Shown here: one piece after another, positions 40,467 through 50,375 of the stretch
Layout of the letters: each line of letters starts with the position of its first letter
How positions within the stretch are numbered: the stretch's first letter is position 1
Assembly: GCA_963751345.1 (NCBI GenBank)
Contig: CAVVUS010000030.1
Span: 192,001-256,000 of the forward strand
DNA from: an uncultured Chloroflexia bacterium
GTDB taxonomy: Bacteria > Chloroflexota > Anaerolineae > B4-G1 > SLSP01
Length of the DNA stretch: 64,000 nt
Direction of reading: 5' to 3'
Made by a program: the position numbers and the translations under genes
The notes under the pieces: generated by a model
Told to the model about the DNA's origin: nothing
The model's input: the letters and a program-made list of their open reading frames with translations, nothing else
Databases searched by the model: none

Positions 40467-41877
40467 ATGGAGGATTTCTGGTCGCGCTACCGAACCGTTG
40501 AGCAGAAGAGCTTCGATTTCCTGGCCGGCAGTCCGTGCCGGCTCGACCATTACGACGTACGCCTGCGCATCCATCCCGACCGGCACAGCGTGGACGTCAC
40601 GGGCACGGCGCGCGGTCGCGTTGTCGGTCCCGGTGCAGACGAGTTCAGGTTCCTGCTGGGGCTGGACTACCGGGAGCCGGCAGCAACGTCGTGCACGATC
40701 CGCGAGCTGACGCTGGATGGCCGGCCCGCGGCACCGATACGCAGTGATGGGCACACGCATCGCGTCGCATTCCCCCGACCGCGGGAGCAGCGGAGAGACC
40801 TTCGAGCTGGGCTTCGACTACAGCACCGTGCCGGTAGCCCGGAAGTGCTGGGTCAACGCCCAGTCCGACTGGCCGGTGCCCGGACTCGCGGATGGCGAGA
40901 CCGAGCTTTGCTTCGAGGGCTACTGGCTCCCCTTTGCCAACGCCCTCTTCCAGCCGGTGACGTTCCGGATCGACATCGCCGACGTGCCGGGCAGCGTGGT
41001 GGTGGCCAATGGGGAATCGCTTGGGGATCTGGTCAACGAGGGCGAGCGGTGGCACCGGTACCGATTGGCGGTACCCACCTTCCCCACCGTCGTTGCAGGC
41101 GACTTCGAGATCCTCACCAAGCCCCTCAGCGGTGGGTCGTTCTCCTTCTATCATCAGGCCGGCTATGCAGGTGTAGCCGACGAGGTGCTGGCGACGGGCG
41201 TCCGTATCCTCGACCTCTTCACCCGGTGGCTGACGATAAGTCCGCGGGGCGATCTCGCGCTGATCCAGTTGGCCCGCACCGAATGGGGCCAATACGCGCC
41301 GTTCCCTTTCGTCATCTTCCCCCGGGACGACATCCGGAAGGACGTCGCCGCGAACGACTGGAAGCGGATCTCACAGATGTTGGCGCATGAGATCGGGCAC
41401 TTCTGGTTCGGCAATCTGCTCAAATCCGGACCCACAGAACAGTGGCTGAGCGAGGGTTTCGCGCAGTATTTCAACCTTCTCTACACGGAGCACGCGTTCG
41501 GAGCGGAGGCCCTGCGCGGCGAACTTCAGCGCTACGTATCGCGCCTGTCCGAGATCGACATCGAGACCCAGGCACCGCTGGATCACATCACCTTCGAAAA
41601 CCCGGCACAGCCCATCCTGGTCAGGCTCAAGGGCGCACTCGTGCTGCACTGCCTGAGACAGCGTCTGGGCACAGAGCGCTTTATCGCGTTCCTGGCGGCG
41701 CTGGTCCGCCGCTACCAGGGCCAACTGATGACCACCGCCGATGTCGAGGGTGAGGCCGGCCGGTTTCTCGGGCCGCAGGAGGCCCACACGTTCTTCGACA
41801 CCCATCTGCGCGGCCTGGCGATCTACGACTGGGATCCGGCGACGGACACCGTCGTAGCGACAGTATCGCAGGCATAG
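40467..41877 (+). CDS. M1-family zinc aminopeptidase (frameshift near 40780)
   Basis: 'HYDVRLRI', 'AHEIGHFWFG' (HExxH), 'WLSEGFAQY', 'KGALVLH.LR'. Confidence 0.85.
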
Positions 41878-41989
41878 CGAGGCGTCGGCGATCGGCCGAG
41901 TATAGAGGGGTATTTCGGTCTGGTTAGGGGTCCTGTTCCAAGTGGGTACTTGGTGCCACGAAAAACAGGGGCAGAAAAGACAAAAAGTG

Positions 41990-42062
41990 TGGGCCCACCA
42001 GGATTCGAACCTGGAACCGACCGGTTATGAGCCGGCTGCTCTAACCGTTGAGCTATGAGCCC
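41990..42062 (-). tRNA. tRNA with CAT anticodon, likely tRNA-Ile2
   Basis: GGGCTCATAGCTCAACGGTTAGAGCAGCCGG-CTCATAA-CCGGT...; G1 pair and no GGG/CCC anticodon stem, so not the initiator. Confidence 0.9.
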
Positions 42063-42068
42063 CTGTAG

Positions 42069-42139
42069 AGCGGGCGACGGGAATCGAACCCGTATCTTTA
42101 GCTTGGAAGGCTAAGGCTCTACCATTAAGCAACACCCGC
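42069..42139 (-). tRNA. tRNA-Gly(TCC)
   Basis: GCGGGTGTTGCTTAATGGTAGAGC, anticodon loop CTTCCAA, GGTTCGATTCCC. Confidence 0.95.
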
Positions 42140-42160
42140 ACATTTCAGATTATACCATGC

Positions 42161-42830
42161 TCACCCCAACTCGTCGAGGAAATCGCCCAGGCTGTGGCGC
42201 ACCGCGTAGGCCGCGGCCTCGGCGCGATTCGTGAGATCCAGCTTTGAGAGGATACTGCTGACGTAGTTGCGCACGGTCCCCTCGCCCAGGAAGAGTTCTT
42301 TCGCAATCTCCTTGTTGGTGAAGCCCTTCGATACCAATCCCAGGACGCGCAGCTCCTGCTCGGTGAGGTCCTTGAAGGCAGCCGCCTGCTCCTTGCGGGT
42401 CGCCTCGCGCACCCGCTGCAGGACGCGCTGCGTGACCGCAGGGTCGAGCAGGGCGTCGCCCTCGGCCACGCGCCGGACGGCCCGCACGAGCTCCTCGCCG
42501 CCGCCCTGTTTGAGCACGTAGCCGGCGGCGCCGGCGCTGATCGCGTCAAAGAGCATCTCGTCCTCGGCATACGAGGTAAGCATCAGCACCTGCGGTCTCC
42601 GGGAACTCCTCCTTGATCTCGCGGCAGGCCTCGATGCCGTTCTTGCCCGGCATACGGATGTCCATCACGACCACGTCGGGGTGATGGATCCGCGCCTGTT
42701 CCAGCGCCTCGTCCGCCGAGGCCGCCTCGCCCACCACGGCGAAATCCGGCTGGTTGCTCAACAGCGTCCTCAATCCCAGGCGCACCACCTCGTGGTCGTC
42801 CACCACCAAAATCCTGTATGTCATCGCCAC
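42161..42830 (-). CDS. NarL/DevR-family response regulator (frameshift near 42590)
   Basis: '[13 protein letters not shown]', 'DIRMP', 'AAGYVLK', LuxR HTH '[19 protein letters not shown]'. Confidence 0.92.
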
Positions 42831-42831
42831 C

Positions 42832-44199
42832 TCACGAATAGGGTACCGTCAAATCAAAGGTCACGCCCGCGCCGGGCGCGCTCTCGATACGCAGTGTCGC
42901 GTCGAGGAACCGGGTACGCTCGCGGATGTTTCGCAGCCCATACCCCTTGCTGACCAGAAGCTCCTCCATTCCAATGCCATCGTCGGAGATCACCAAACTG
43001 AAGCTCTCTTCACCGTACGCCAGCCGCACCCGAACCCAGCGTGCTTGCGCGTGCTTCGCCGTATTGGCCAGCGCCTCGCGCACGATCTGGAAGATGTGCC
43101 GGCGCCGCGCCATCGAGTAGATGGGTCTGGGTTCGCCGACAATCTCGAACTCGGTCTCCAGCAGGCTATTGACGTGGAAGTCGCGCAGCAGATGCTCGAT
43201 CCCCGCCTGCAGGTCCTCGTCCGACAACTCGCTGCGCAGGTCGAAGATATAGCGCCGGATATCGAGGATCGTGTTGTTGAGGTCATCCATCACCCGGCCG
43301 AGCTGCGACTGCGCGCGCTCCGGGTCGCGCGGGATGATGGGTACGACGCTCTCCAACAGCAGCCCCGCCCCATAGATCGACTGGATGATCCCATCGTGAA
43401 GCTCGCGTCCGATGCGCTCGCGATCCTCGGCCAAAGTCTGCATGCGTTCGACATCCTCGACCCAGAGCTCGATCTCGCGCTGGATCGTGGTCAGCGACCG
43501 CCCAAGCCCGTACGTGATCCCGGCCCCGACGACGGCCCAGATCCAGCCGGCCATGATCGATTCGATGAGCTGGGCGTCGAAGCGCGACGCCAGAAACGTC
43601 TGGATGCCGGGGACCGCCAGCAGGTTGAGACACCCAAACGCCACCATCATGATCTCGATGAGCCGCAGGTCGGGGCGGATGCGAATGCGGAGAGAGGGAT
43701 CGAGCGATTGATAGCTCTCTCGGCGAAGTCCTATCGCCGTCAACACCCCGCCGGGAAAGGCCAGAGCATACCTCAAGGCCACGATGGTCGGAGCGGTCAG
43801 CTCTTCCCACGCCCACCCTACCGCCCAGAGCGCCAACAGATAGGGACCGAGCCAGAGTCCGCAGATGGTGAGGAAGAGGCCGATGGCGCGCCGGCGGTAC
43901 GTTTCCTCCGTCATGAAAGACTGGATCCCGAAGATCAAGAGCGACGTATAGGCGAGCGCCAGCACCAACAGCGAGACGCGATCTGGCACCGCGTGCCCGC
44001 CCGGAAGGATCCCCGTGAAGAGCTCGTACCAGGCATAAAGCGCCTCGCCGATGGCAAACGCCCCCAGCCAGGCCAGGTTGCGGGCCAGCGAGATGCGACG
44101 GCTCCGGTAGTGCAGGAAGATCACGGTCAGGCCCAGGGTGAAAAACACCAGGCCATGGCAGAAGCGCCCTAACACAGACCAGATCGTCATCATTCCCAT
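42832..44199 (-). CDS. Membrane sensor histidine kinase (HisKA_3)
   Basis: 6-7 TM segments, '[13 protein letters not shown]', '[10 protein letters not shown]', 'DDGIG', '[10 protein letters not shown]'. Confidence 0.92.
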   Translation of the reverse strand: MGMMTIWSVLGRFCHGLVFFTLGLTVIFLHYRSRRISLARNLAWLGAFAIGEALYAWYELFTGILPGGHAVPDRVSLLVLALAYTSLLIFGIQSFMTEETYRRRAIGLFLTICGLWLGPYLLALWAVGWAWEELTAPTIVALRYALAFPGGVLTAIGLRRESYQSLDPSLRIRIRPDLRLIEIMMVAFGCLNLLAVPGIQTFLASRFDAQLIESIMAGWIWAVVGAGITYGLGRSLTTIQREIELWVEDVERMQTLAEDRERIGRELHDGIIQSIYGAGLLLESVVPIIPRDPERAQSQLGRVMDDLNNTILDIRRYIFDLRSELSDEDLQAGIEHLLRDFHVNSLLETEFEIVGEPRPIYSMARRRHIFQIVREALANTAKHAQARWVRVRLAYGEESFSLVISDDGIGMEELLVSKGYGLRNIRERTRFLDATLRIESAPGAGVTFDLTVPYS

Positions 44200-44474
44200 C
44201 AGAAGACTTTCAACTCACGTGTCCCTCGACCATCGGCGCCCCGACCGCAGTCCCACCGTTGCCGGCGACCCCTGACAGGAGTCTAGCACGATGTGACCCT
44301 TGCCGCCAGAGGAGGCTGATGGCAGTAAGGCGAGGAGCGGCGCGAACGTCATCTGTGACGAGATGGCGTCCGCGAGAGCCTGGGCGTCTTCCGCAAGCGC
44401 GTCCCCGGCATCTGTCCCAGGCGCGCGATGCGGACAACTCACGCACACCCGGTCGGAAATCCGACGCTGCAGCC

Positions 44475-44519
44475 TTGATTGGCCGCGTTTTCGGCCTGTA
44501 TAATAGAACAAAAGATCTA
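44475..44519 (+). promoter_or_regulatory. Sigma70 promoter with an adjacent LexA-box-like palindrome
   Basis: TTGATT-18 bp-TATAAT followed by TAGAAC-AAAA-GATCTA (44504-44519). Confidence 0.65.
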
Positions 44520-44541
44520 ATAACCACCCAGGAGGCCTTCT

Positions 44542-44787
44542 ATGGCCGGTATCAAACACGTGACCGAAAAACAGCCCGCCACCCACGTCCGCTCCCGCGG
44601 CCGGCAAGACGCGCTTCCCATAGCCCTCCATTCTTCATTCTTCCATTCTATCATTCTTATCTTCTCCCCCTCCATTACGAAACGAACCCATTTTCGGGCA
44701 CCCCTGAAAATGGCCGATGGCACCTATATGTACGGCCTTTCTCCTACCCCTCCAGTACGAAACGAACCCATTTTCGGGCACCCCTGA
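44542..44787 (+). CDS. Small hypothetical ORF running through the repeat array
   Basis: GGAGG RBS downstream of the promoter; translation through the repeats changes frame, so coding status is doubtful. Confidence 0.3.
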   Translation: MAGIKHVTEKQPATHVRSRGRQDALPIALHSSFFHSIILIFSPSITKRTHFRAPLKMADGTYMYGLSPTPPVRNEPIFGHP

Positions 44788-44861
44788 AAATGGCCGATGA
44801 CGCCGAGACGCATGACCTTTCCCTTGCCGCCTATTTTGCGAAACGAACCCATTTTCAGGGG
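44667..44861. repeat. Tandem repeat with 80/81-bp period and hairpin core
   Basis: TACGAAACGAACCCATTTTCGGGCACCCCTGAAAATGGCCGATG identical at 44676 and 44756; partial third copy CGAAACGAACCCATTTTC at 44839. Confidence 0.9.
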
Positions 44862-44947
44862 CGTGGACTTACACCCAGAATGAAGCACCCTCCCTGGGGA
44901 TGCACGTCACCTTGATTGATCGACCGCCGGGGCTATACTTGGTGGCT

Positions 44948-46269
44948 ATGGATTTGTTTGAATTCAGTCGGCAGGACCAGATTCAGCGAGAGGCACCGCT
45001 GGCTGCCCGGATGCGGCCACGCACACTCGACGAGTTCGTGGGGCAGGAGCAGATCATCGGGCCGGGGAAGCTGCTGCGCCGCGCGATCGAGGCCGACCGG
45101 CTCTTCACGTCGATCCTCTTCTGGGGCCCGCCGGGCGTCGGCAAGACGACGCTGGCGGCCGTCATCGCCAACACCACCCAGTCGCACTTCGAGACGCTCA
45201 ACGCCGTGCTCGCCGGCATCGCCGACCTGCGCAAGCTGGTGGATGCCGCCAGCGAGCGCCGCGCGATGTACGGCACCCGCACGCTGCTGATGGTCGACGA
45301 GATCCACCGGTGGAACAAGGCCCAGCAGGATGGCCTGCTGCCGGTGGTGGAGGACGGTACCATCACCCTGATCGGCGCAACGACGGAGAACCCCTACTTC
45401 TCCATCATCTCCCCGCTGCTCAGCCGCTCGCGCATCTTTCGCTTCATCGCCCTTACGGTCGAGGAGATCGAGGACCTGGTATTGCGGGCGCTGAAGGACA
45501 AGGAGCGTGGGTATGGCAGGCGCGAGATCGTCCTGGATGACGACGCGCTCCGACACCTGGCGGCTTTCGCCGACGGCGATGTGCGCAGCGCGCTCAACGC
45601 GCTGGAGCTGGCGGTGGAATCCACAACTCGCGAGATGAGCAGGGCGTCATCCACATCACGCTGGACGTGGCCGAGGAGTCGATCCAGCGGCGGGCGATGC
45701 AATACGACAGGGCCGGCGACGAACACTACAACACCGCCAGCGCCTTCATCAAGTCGATCCGCGGCTCCGATCCGGATGCTGCCCTCTACTACCTGGCCAA
45801 GATGGTCCTGGCGGGCGAGGATCCCCGCTTCATCTTCCGGCGGCTGCTCATCTCCTCAGCCGAGGACATCGGCCTGGCCTCGCCGATGGCGATCTCGGTC
45901 GTGATGGCGTGTGCGCAGGCGTTTGAGTGGGTCGGCATGCCTGAGGGGCAATACCACCTGGCCGAGGCCACGCTCTATCTTGCCACGGCCCCCAAATCGA
46001 ACAGTGCAGGTGCCTACTTCAAGGCACGAGCGTACCTCGAGGAGCACGGCTACCTCCCCCCGCCGATCTATATCCGCGACGAGCACACGTTGCTGCGTGA
46101 GGAACAGGGAAAGGCCCCCGGCTACAAGTATCCCCACGATTACCCCGGCGGATGGGTCAGCCAGCGGTATCTTCCCGAGGGTGTGGAAGGGGGATGGTAT
46201 CAACCCAAGGACATCGGCTACGAGGAACGCATCGCGGAGTTCATACGGAAACTCCGGGAGAAGCAGTAA
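44948..46269 (+). CDS. rarA: Replication-associated recombination protein A (frameshift near 45635)
   Basis: 'PLAARMRP', GPPGVGKTT, 'DEIHR', 'GATTENP', 'SAFIKSIRGSDPDA', 'YKYPHD'. Confidence 0.95.
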
Positions 46270-46356
46270 CCGGCGAGTCGGACGGAACTGGATAGGTCAA
46301 CCGGCAAACCCGTGGTATCATGACGGAGGAGAGATATAAGCTGGAGTGATACAACT

Positions 46357-46866
46357 ATGAGCGATCCTATTTCAAACAGGGCGGCATGGATCCTTGGCGA
46401 ATCCGAGCACGTCTTGGTGCCACTTGACGAACTTTACGACCGGTTGGCCCGCGAGGGTCTGATGGTCTGGATGACGCCTGATCTCCTCGAGCAGCTCCTG
46501 ATGTCTGACGAGCGGTTCGAGGTCTATGAGGGACTGGCGGATTCGGACCTTTTTAATCCGATGGTCCAGTCCGAGTTGCAGACACGCGGGCTGCTGGCCG
46601 GCCCCCTGATCATGCTTCGGGAACGAGCATCCTCCACCCAGGAGGTGATGCTGGACATGCTGCTCCATCTCCAGGAGATGAACACGGCGTTGGAGACGGC
46701 GTGGCAGCTCCGCCCCGAGGGCAACCCCGAGGTCGAGGCCGAGCTGCTGAACCTATTGATGATGGGAGATATGCTGGAGCGTGAGATCAAGCGAGCGCTT
46801 GATACCGGCAGCATGATCATTGAGCTGGATCCGGGCGATGATACCAAGGATCTGGGAACGGGCTAG
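46357..46866 (+). CDS. Hypothetical acidic protein
   Basis: 169-aa ORF with GGAG RBS; family not recognised. Confidence 0.7.
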   Translation: MSDPISNRAAWILGESEHVLVPLDELYDRLAREGLMVWMTPDLLEQLLMSDERFEVYEGLADSDLFNPMVQSELQTRGLLAGPLIMLRERASSTQEVMLDMLLHLQEMNTALETAWQLRPEGNPEVEAELLNLLMMGDMLEREIKRALDTGSMIIELDPGDDTKDLGTG

Positions 46867-46906
46867 TTTTCGGAGCAGATTCGAGGACGGCATCTATGAC
46901 GGGGAG

Positions 46907-47702
46907 GTGAATCCACCTCCCCGTCGTCTTACGTGGCGACGTGCGCAAGCATTAGCCCTCACCGTGATCCTGATGGCTCTGGTGGGATGCGGCGGCCCCG
47001 CCGGCAGCCTGGACGATATCCGGTCGACCGGTGTCCTCCGTGTGGCCACCGATCCATCGTTTCCCCCCTTTGAGGCCGTCGATGGCAATGGACAGATTGT
47101 GGGCCTCGATGCCGACCTCGCCCGCGAGATCGCCCGCCGGATGGGCGTCGAGGCACATCTGGTGACCACAGGCTACGATGCGCTCTACGACGCGCTGACG
47201 GTGAACCAGGCCGACGTCATCATCTCGGCGCTCTACCCGGATCCGACCCGCAGCGCCGGCTTCGCGTTCAGCCACCCCTACTTCGACGCAGGCCAGGTGT
47301 TGGTGACCGCCGAAGGTAGTGACATTTCGGCACCCGCCGATCTGGCGGGGCGTTCTGTAGCCTGCGTCTTCGGCACCGAGGGCCATATGCAGGCGCTGCG
47401 GTGGGAGCAATCCCTCGATCCGCCCCCCACCATTCTCACGGCCGACGATTGGACCGGAGCAGTGACGTACCTACGAGAAGGCAGAGCCGACGCCGTCGTC
47501 ATAGATCGGGTATCCGCCCAGATCGCCACTCAACACGGAGGGTGGGCTGGCGATGGTCGGCCCACCGATCGTCGCGGAGCCCTACGTGATCGCCGCACGG
47601 CACGAGGATGCGGATCTGATCGATGCCATCAACGGCATCCTTCAAGACATGGAGACCGATGGCGAGCTGGAGGCGCTCGTCGATTCTTGGATGCAGCCTT
47701 AG
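46907..47702 (+). CDS. Amino acid ABC transporter substrate-binding lipoprotein (frameshift near 47535)
   Basis: Lipobox LVGC, 'LRVATDPSFPPFE', 'GLDADLA', 'FSHPYF'. Confidence 0.85.
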
Positions 47703-47716
47703 CCGAGACTGCCTCT

Positions 47717-47745
47717 TTGACAAACCGGGGCAACCCCAATACCAT
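47717..47745 (+). promoter_or_regulatory. upp promoter
   Basis: TTGACA-17 bp-TACCAT. Confidence 0.65.
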
Positions 47746-47773
47746 TCAGGCGACACGATAGAGAAGGAGTGAC

Positions 47774-48400
47774 ATGGCAGAAGTACACATTTCCCAACAC
47801 CCGCTGGTCAAGCACAAGCTGACGCTGCTCCGCGACAAGAACACAGAGCCCAAGAAGTTCCGCGAACTGATCCGCGAGATCACGCTTCTCATCGCTTACG
47901 AGGCATTGAAGGATCTGGAGATCTGTGAAAAAGAGGTCGAAACCCCGCTCGTGAAGACGCAGGGGTACAAGATCTCCGAACCCATCGGCCTGATCCCCAT
48001 CCTGCGTTCCGGCCTGGGCATGGTCGAGGGCATTTGGGAGATGATCCCCTCGGCCGAGGTCTGGCACATCGGCCTCTTCAGGGACGAGCAGACGCTCCGG
48101 CCCGTTGCCTACTACAACCGGCTGCCCATTCATCCCACCGTTTCGGTCTGCCTGATCCTCGATCCTATGCTCGCCACCGGCGGATCGGCCGTCAAGACGG
48201 TCGAGATCCTCAAGAACTGGGGGGCGAGGCGGATCAAGTTCCTCGGGCTGATCGCGGCGCCGGAGGGCGTGGAAGCCCTGACGACCATGCATCCCGACGT
48301 GGACATCTACCTCGCGGCACTGGACAGCCACCTCAACGAGCACGCCTACATCGTTCCGGGGTTGGGCGACGCCGGTGACCGGCAGTTCGGCACTGCTTAA
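47774..48400 (+). CDS. upp: Uracil phosphoribosyltransferase
   Basis: 'HPLVKHKL', 'PILRSG', 'DPMLATGGS', '[12 protein letters not shown]'. Confidence 0.97.
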   Translation: MAEVHISQHPLVKHKLTLLRDKNTEPKKFRELIREITLLIAYEALKDLEICEKEVETPLVKTQGYKISEPIGLIPILRSGLGMVEGIWEMIPSAEVWHIGLFRDEQTLRPVAYYNRLPIHPTVSVCLILDPMLATGGSAVKTVEILKNWGARRIKFLGLIAAPEGVEALTTMHPDVDIYLAALDSHLNEHAYIVPGLGDAGDRQFGTA

Positions 48401-48415
48401 GGACAACACGCCAAC

Positions 48416-49455
48416 TTGACCTATGGGCTTGAATACGCGCTGATCCTGCTGGCCGGCGGTGTCATTGCCCTCGTCGTAACCCCCCTTATGGGGAAGTTGG
48501 GCCTCCGCCTCAATATCGTGGCCGCGCCCGGGGGGCGGCGACGGCACCATGGCGTGATCTCGCGGCTGGGAGGCGTGGGGCTGGTCCTCGGCTTCTTCGG
48601 GGCTATAGCGCTCTCCCGCATCCTTCCGATCCCTACCGCCGACCCCAACGAGACCCGCCGCTTCTGGGGCCTGATCGTAGGGGGAGCGCTCATGTTCCTG
48701 CTCGGCCTCATTGACGACCGCTACGAGCTTCCGCCGGGCGCCGAATACGTCGGTTACTTGTTGGCCGCTGTCGTCGCCACGGCTAGCCTCATCTTCCTGG
48801 AGCGCTTCAATAACCCGCTGACGGATCGCATGATTGTCCTGCCGCGCTTCGTCTATATCCCGCTCACCTTATTCTGGATGACCGGGCATGATCAGTAACC
48901 GTCAACTGGCTGGACGGGCTGGATGGACTCGCGGCCGGCGTCGCGGCGATCCTCGCCCTGATCCTGAGCATCCATATGTTCCGCAGCGGGCAGCACAGCG
49001 TGGTCCCCCAGGCCCTAGCGCTTCTCGGCGCATCGGTGGGCTTCCTGGTCTACAACGTCTCTCCGGCGCGGGTCTTCCTGGGAAGCAACGGATCCTTCTT
49101 CCTCGGCTATGTGATGGGTGCCCTGGGGCTGATCGCCGGCGGGCGTGTGGCGACCGTGCTCCTCGTCATGGGCATTCCCATCGTGGACGTCGCCTGGACC
49201 ATCCTGGATCGCTGGCGTCACGGGGTCAGCCCGTTCCACGGGGACCGGCGTCATTTGCACTTCCGCCTCCAGGACGCCGGCATCTCCACCCGGACGATCG
49301 TCTTCATCTACTGGGCCTTCTGCGCGATTGCAGGGGTGTTGGCGCTCGTGCTTGCGTCGCGCCTCTACAAGCTGCTGGCCCTGGGACTCCTGGGCGGCCT
49401 GACCACCCTCCTGCTGCTCTATCTCAGTCGCAACGCACGTAGAGGATTACCCTAA
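48416..49455 (+). CDS. WecA/TagO-like polyprenyl-phosphate GlcNAc-1-phosphate transferase (frameshift near 48890)
   Basis: 'RLGG', 'GLIDD', 'NWLDGLDGLA', 'PARVFLG', 'DRRHLH'. Confidence 0.88.
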
Positions 49456-49481
49456 CCCTAAGGAAGGACCGAGGAGTGCTC

Positions 49482-50375
49482 ATGGAACTCGATCTGCACG
49501 GCATTTTCGTCCCGCTTGCAACACCCTTTAGCGCCGATGGCACCGTTAACGAAGAGGAGCTGCGCCGTTTGGTGCGCTTTATGGCCCCTCACGTCAACGG
49601 CTTTGTGGCGAATGGAACGACCGCGGACTTCCCGCTGCTCTCGTACGAGGAGCGGGGCCGCATCCTGGACATTGTGCTGGAGGAAACCGGCGGCGGGCGC
49701 CTGGTCATCGGCGGCGTGGGCGCGGTCGCGACCTCAGACGCGGTCGACCTGGCCTTGACCGTCCGGCGGGCGGGTGCTGACGCCGCCCTGGTGGTGAAAC
49801 CCTACTACGTGCGCCCGACCCCGGCGGGGCTCCGCGACCACTTCCTCACCGTGGCTCAGAAGGTCGAGGGGTTCCCCGTCCTTCTCTACAACTTCCCAAA
49901 GCTGATGGGACAGGAAATCCCCGTCGAGGTCGTTCGCGAGCTGACAAGTGTCGCGCCTAACGTGCTGGGGATGAAGGACTCCTCGGGCCAACTGCCCTAC
50001 ACGCTGGCCGTGATCGAGGCCACACCCGCGACCTTCAACGTGTTGGTGGGCCACGGCGCCTTGCTGCTGCCCGCGATTGCGATGGGCGCACCGGGCGCGA
50101 TCCTGGCGGCGGCCAACCTCGTGCCCCAAGCCTACAGGGCGATGTACGATGCCGCTCTGGCTAACGAATGGGAAGCGGCGCGGGCGCTCCAAAGTCGGAT
50201 CTATCCTATCGCGGCCCTGGTCTCCAGCTATGGCAGCCTGACCGTGCGCGCGGGGCTGAATTACCTGGGTTTCGCTATGGGGGCGCCACGACTACCGCTC
50301 TCCGGCGAGGGCACGCTCACCGAGGAAGAGCTGCGGAGACTGCATCGTAGCCTTGAGGACCTCAAGGATGTCTGA
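49482..50375 (+). CDS. Dihydrodipicolinate synthase family protein
   Basis: 'TPF', 'NGTTA', 'PYY', 'LYNFP', 'GMKDSSG'. Confidence 0.88.
   Translation: MELDLHGIFVPLATPFSADGTVNEEELRRLVRFMAPHVNGFVANGTTADFPLLSYEERGRILDIVLEETGGGRLVIGGVGAVATSDAVDLALTVRRAGADAALVVKPYYVRPTPAGLRDHFLTVAQKVEGFPVLLYNFPKLMGQEIPVEVVRELTSVAPNVLGMKDSSGQLPYTLAVIEATPATFNVLVGHGALLLPAIAMGAPGAILAAANLVPQAYRAMYDAALANEWEAARALQSRIYPIAALVSSYGSLTVRAGLNYLGFAMGAPRLPLSGEGTLTEEELRRLHRSLEDLKDV

Noticed and set aside
41878-42062. attL/attR of an island integrated at tRNA-Ile2
   Set aside because: I found no convincing duplicate of the tRNA 3' end (GGGCCACCAG near 34118 is too short and imperfect) and no integrase.
44210-44631. ORFs between the histidine kinase and the repeat array
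   Set aside because: They overlap promoter elements, and have no RBS or protein-like composition.
44667-44861. CRISPR array (44-bp repeat, ~36-bp spacers, internal palindrome)
   Set aside because: Only two full copies, the 'spacers' are visibly homologous to each other, and there are no cas genes in the window; kept as a non-CRISPR repeat finding.
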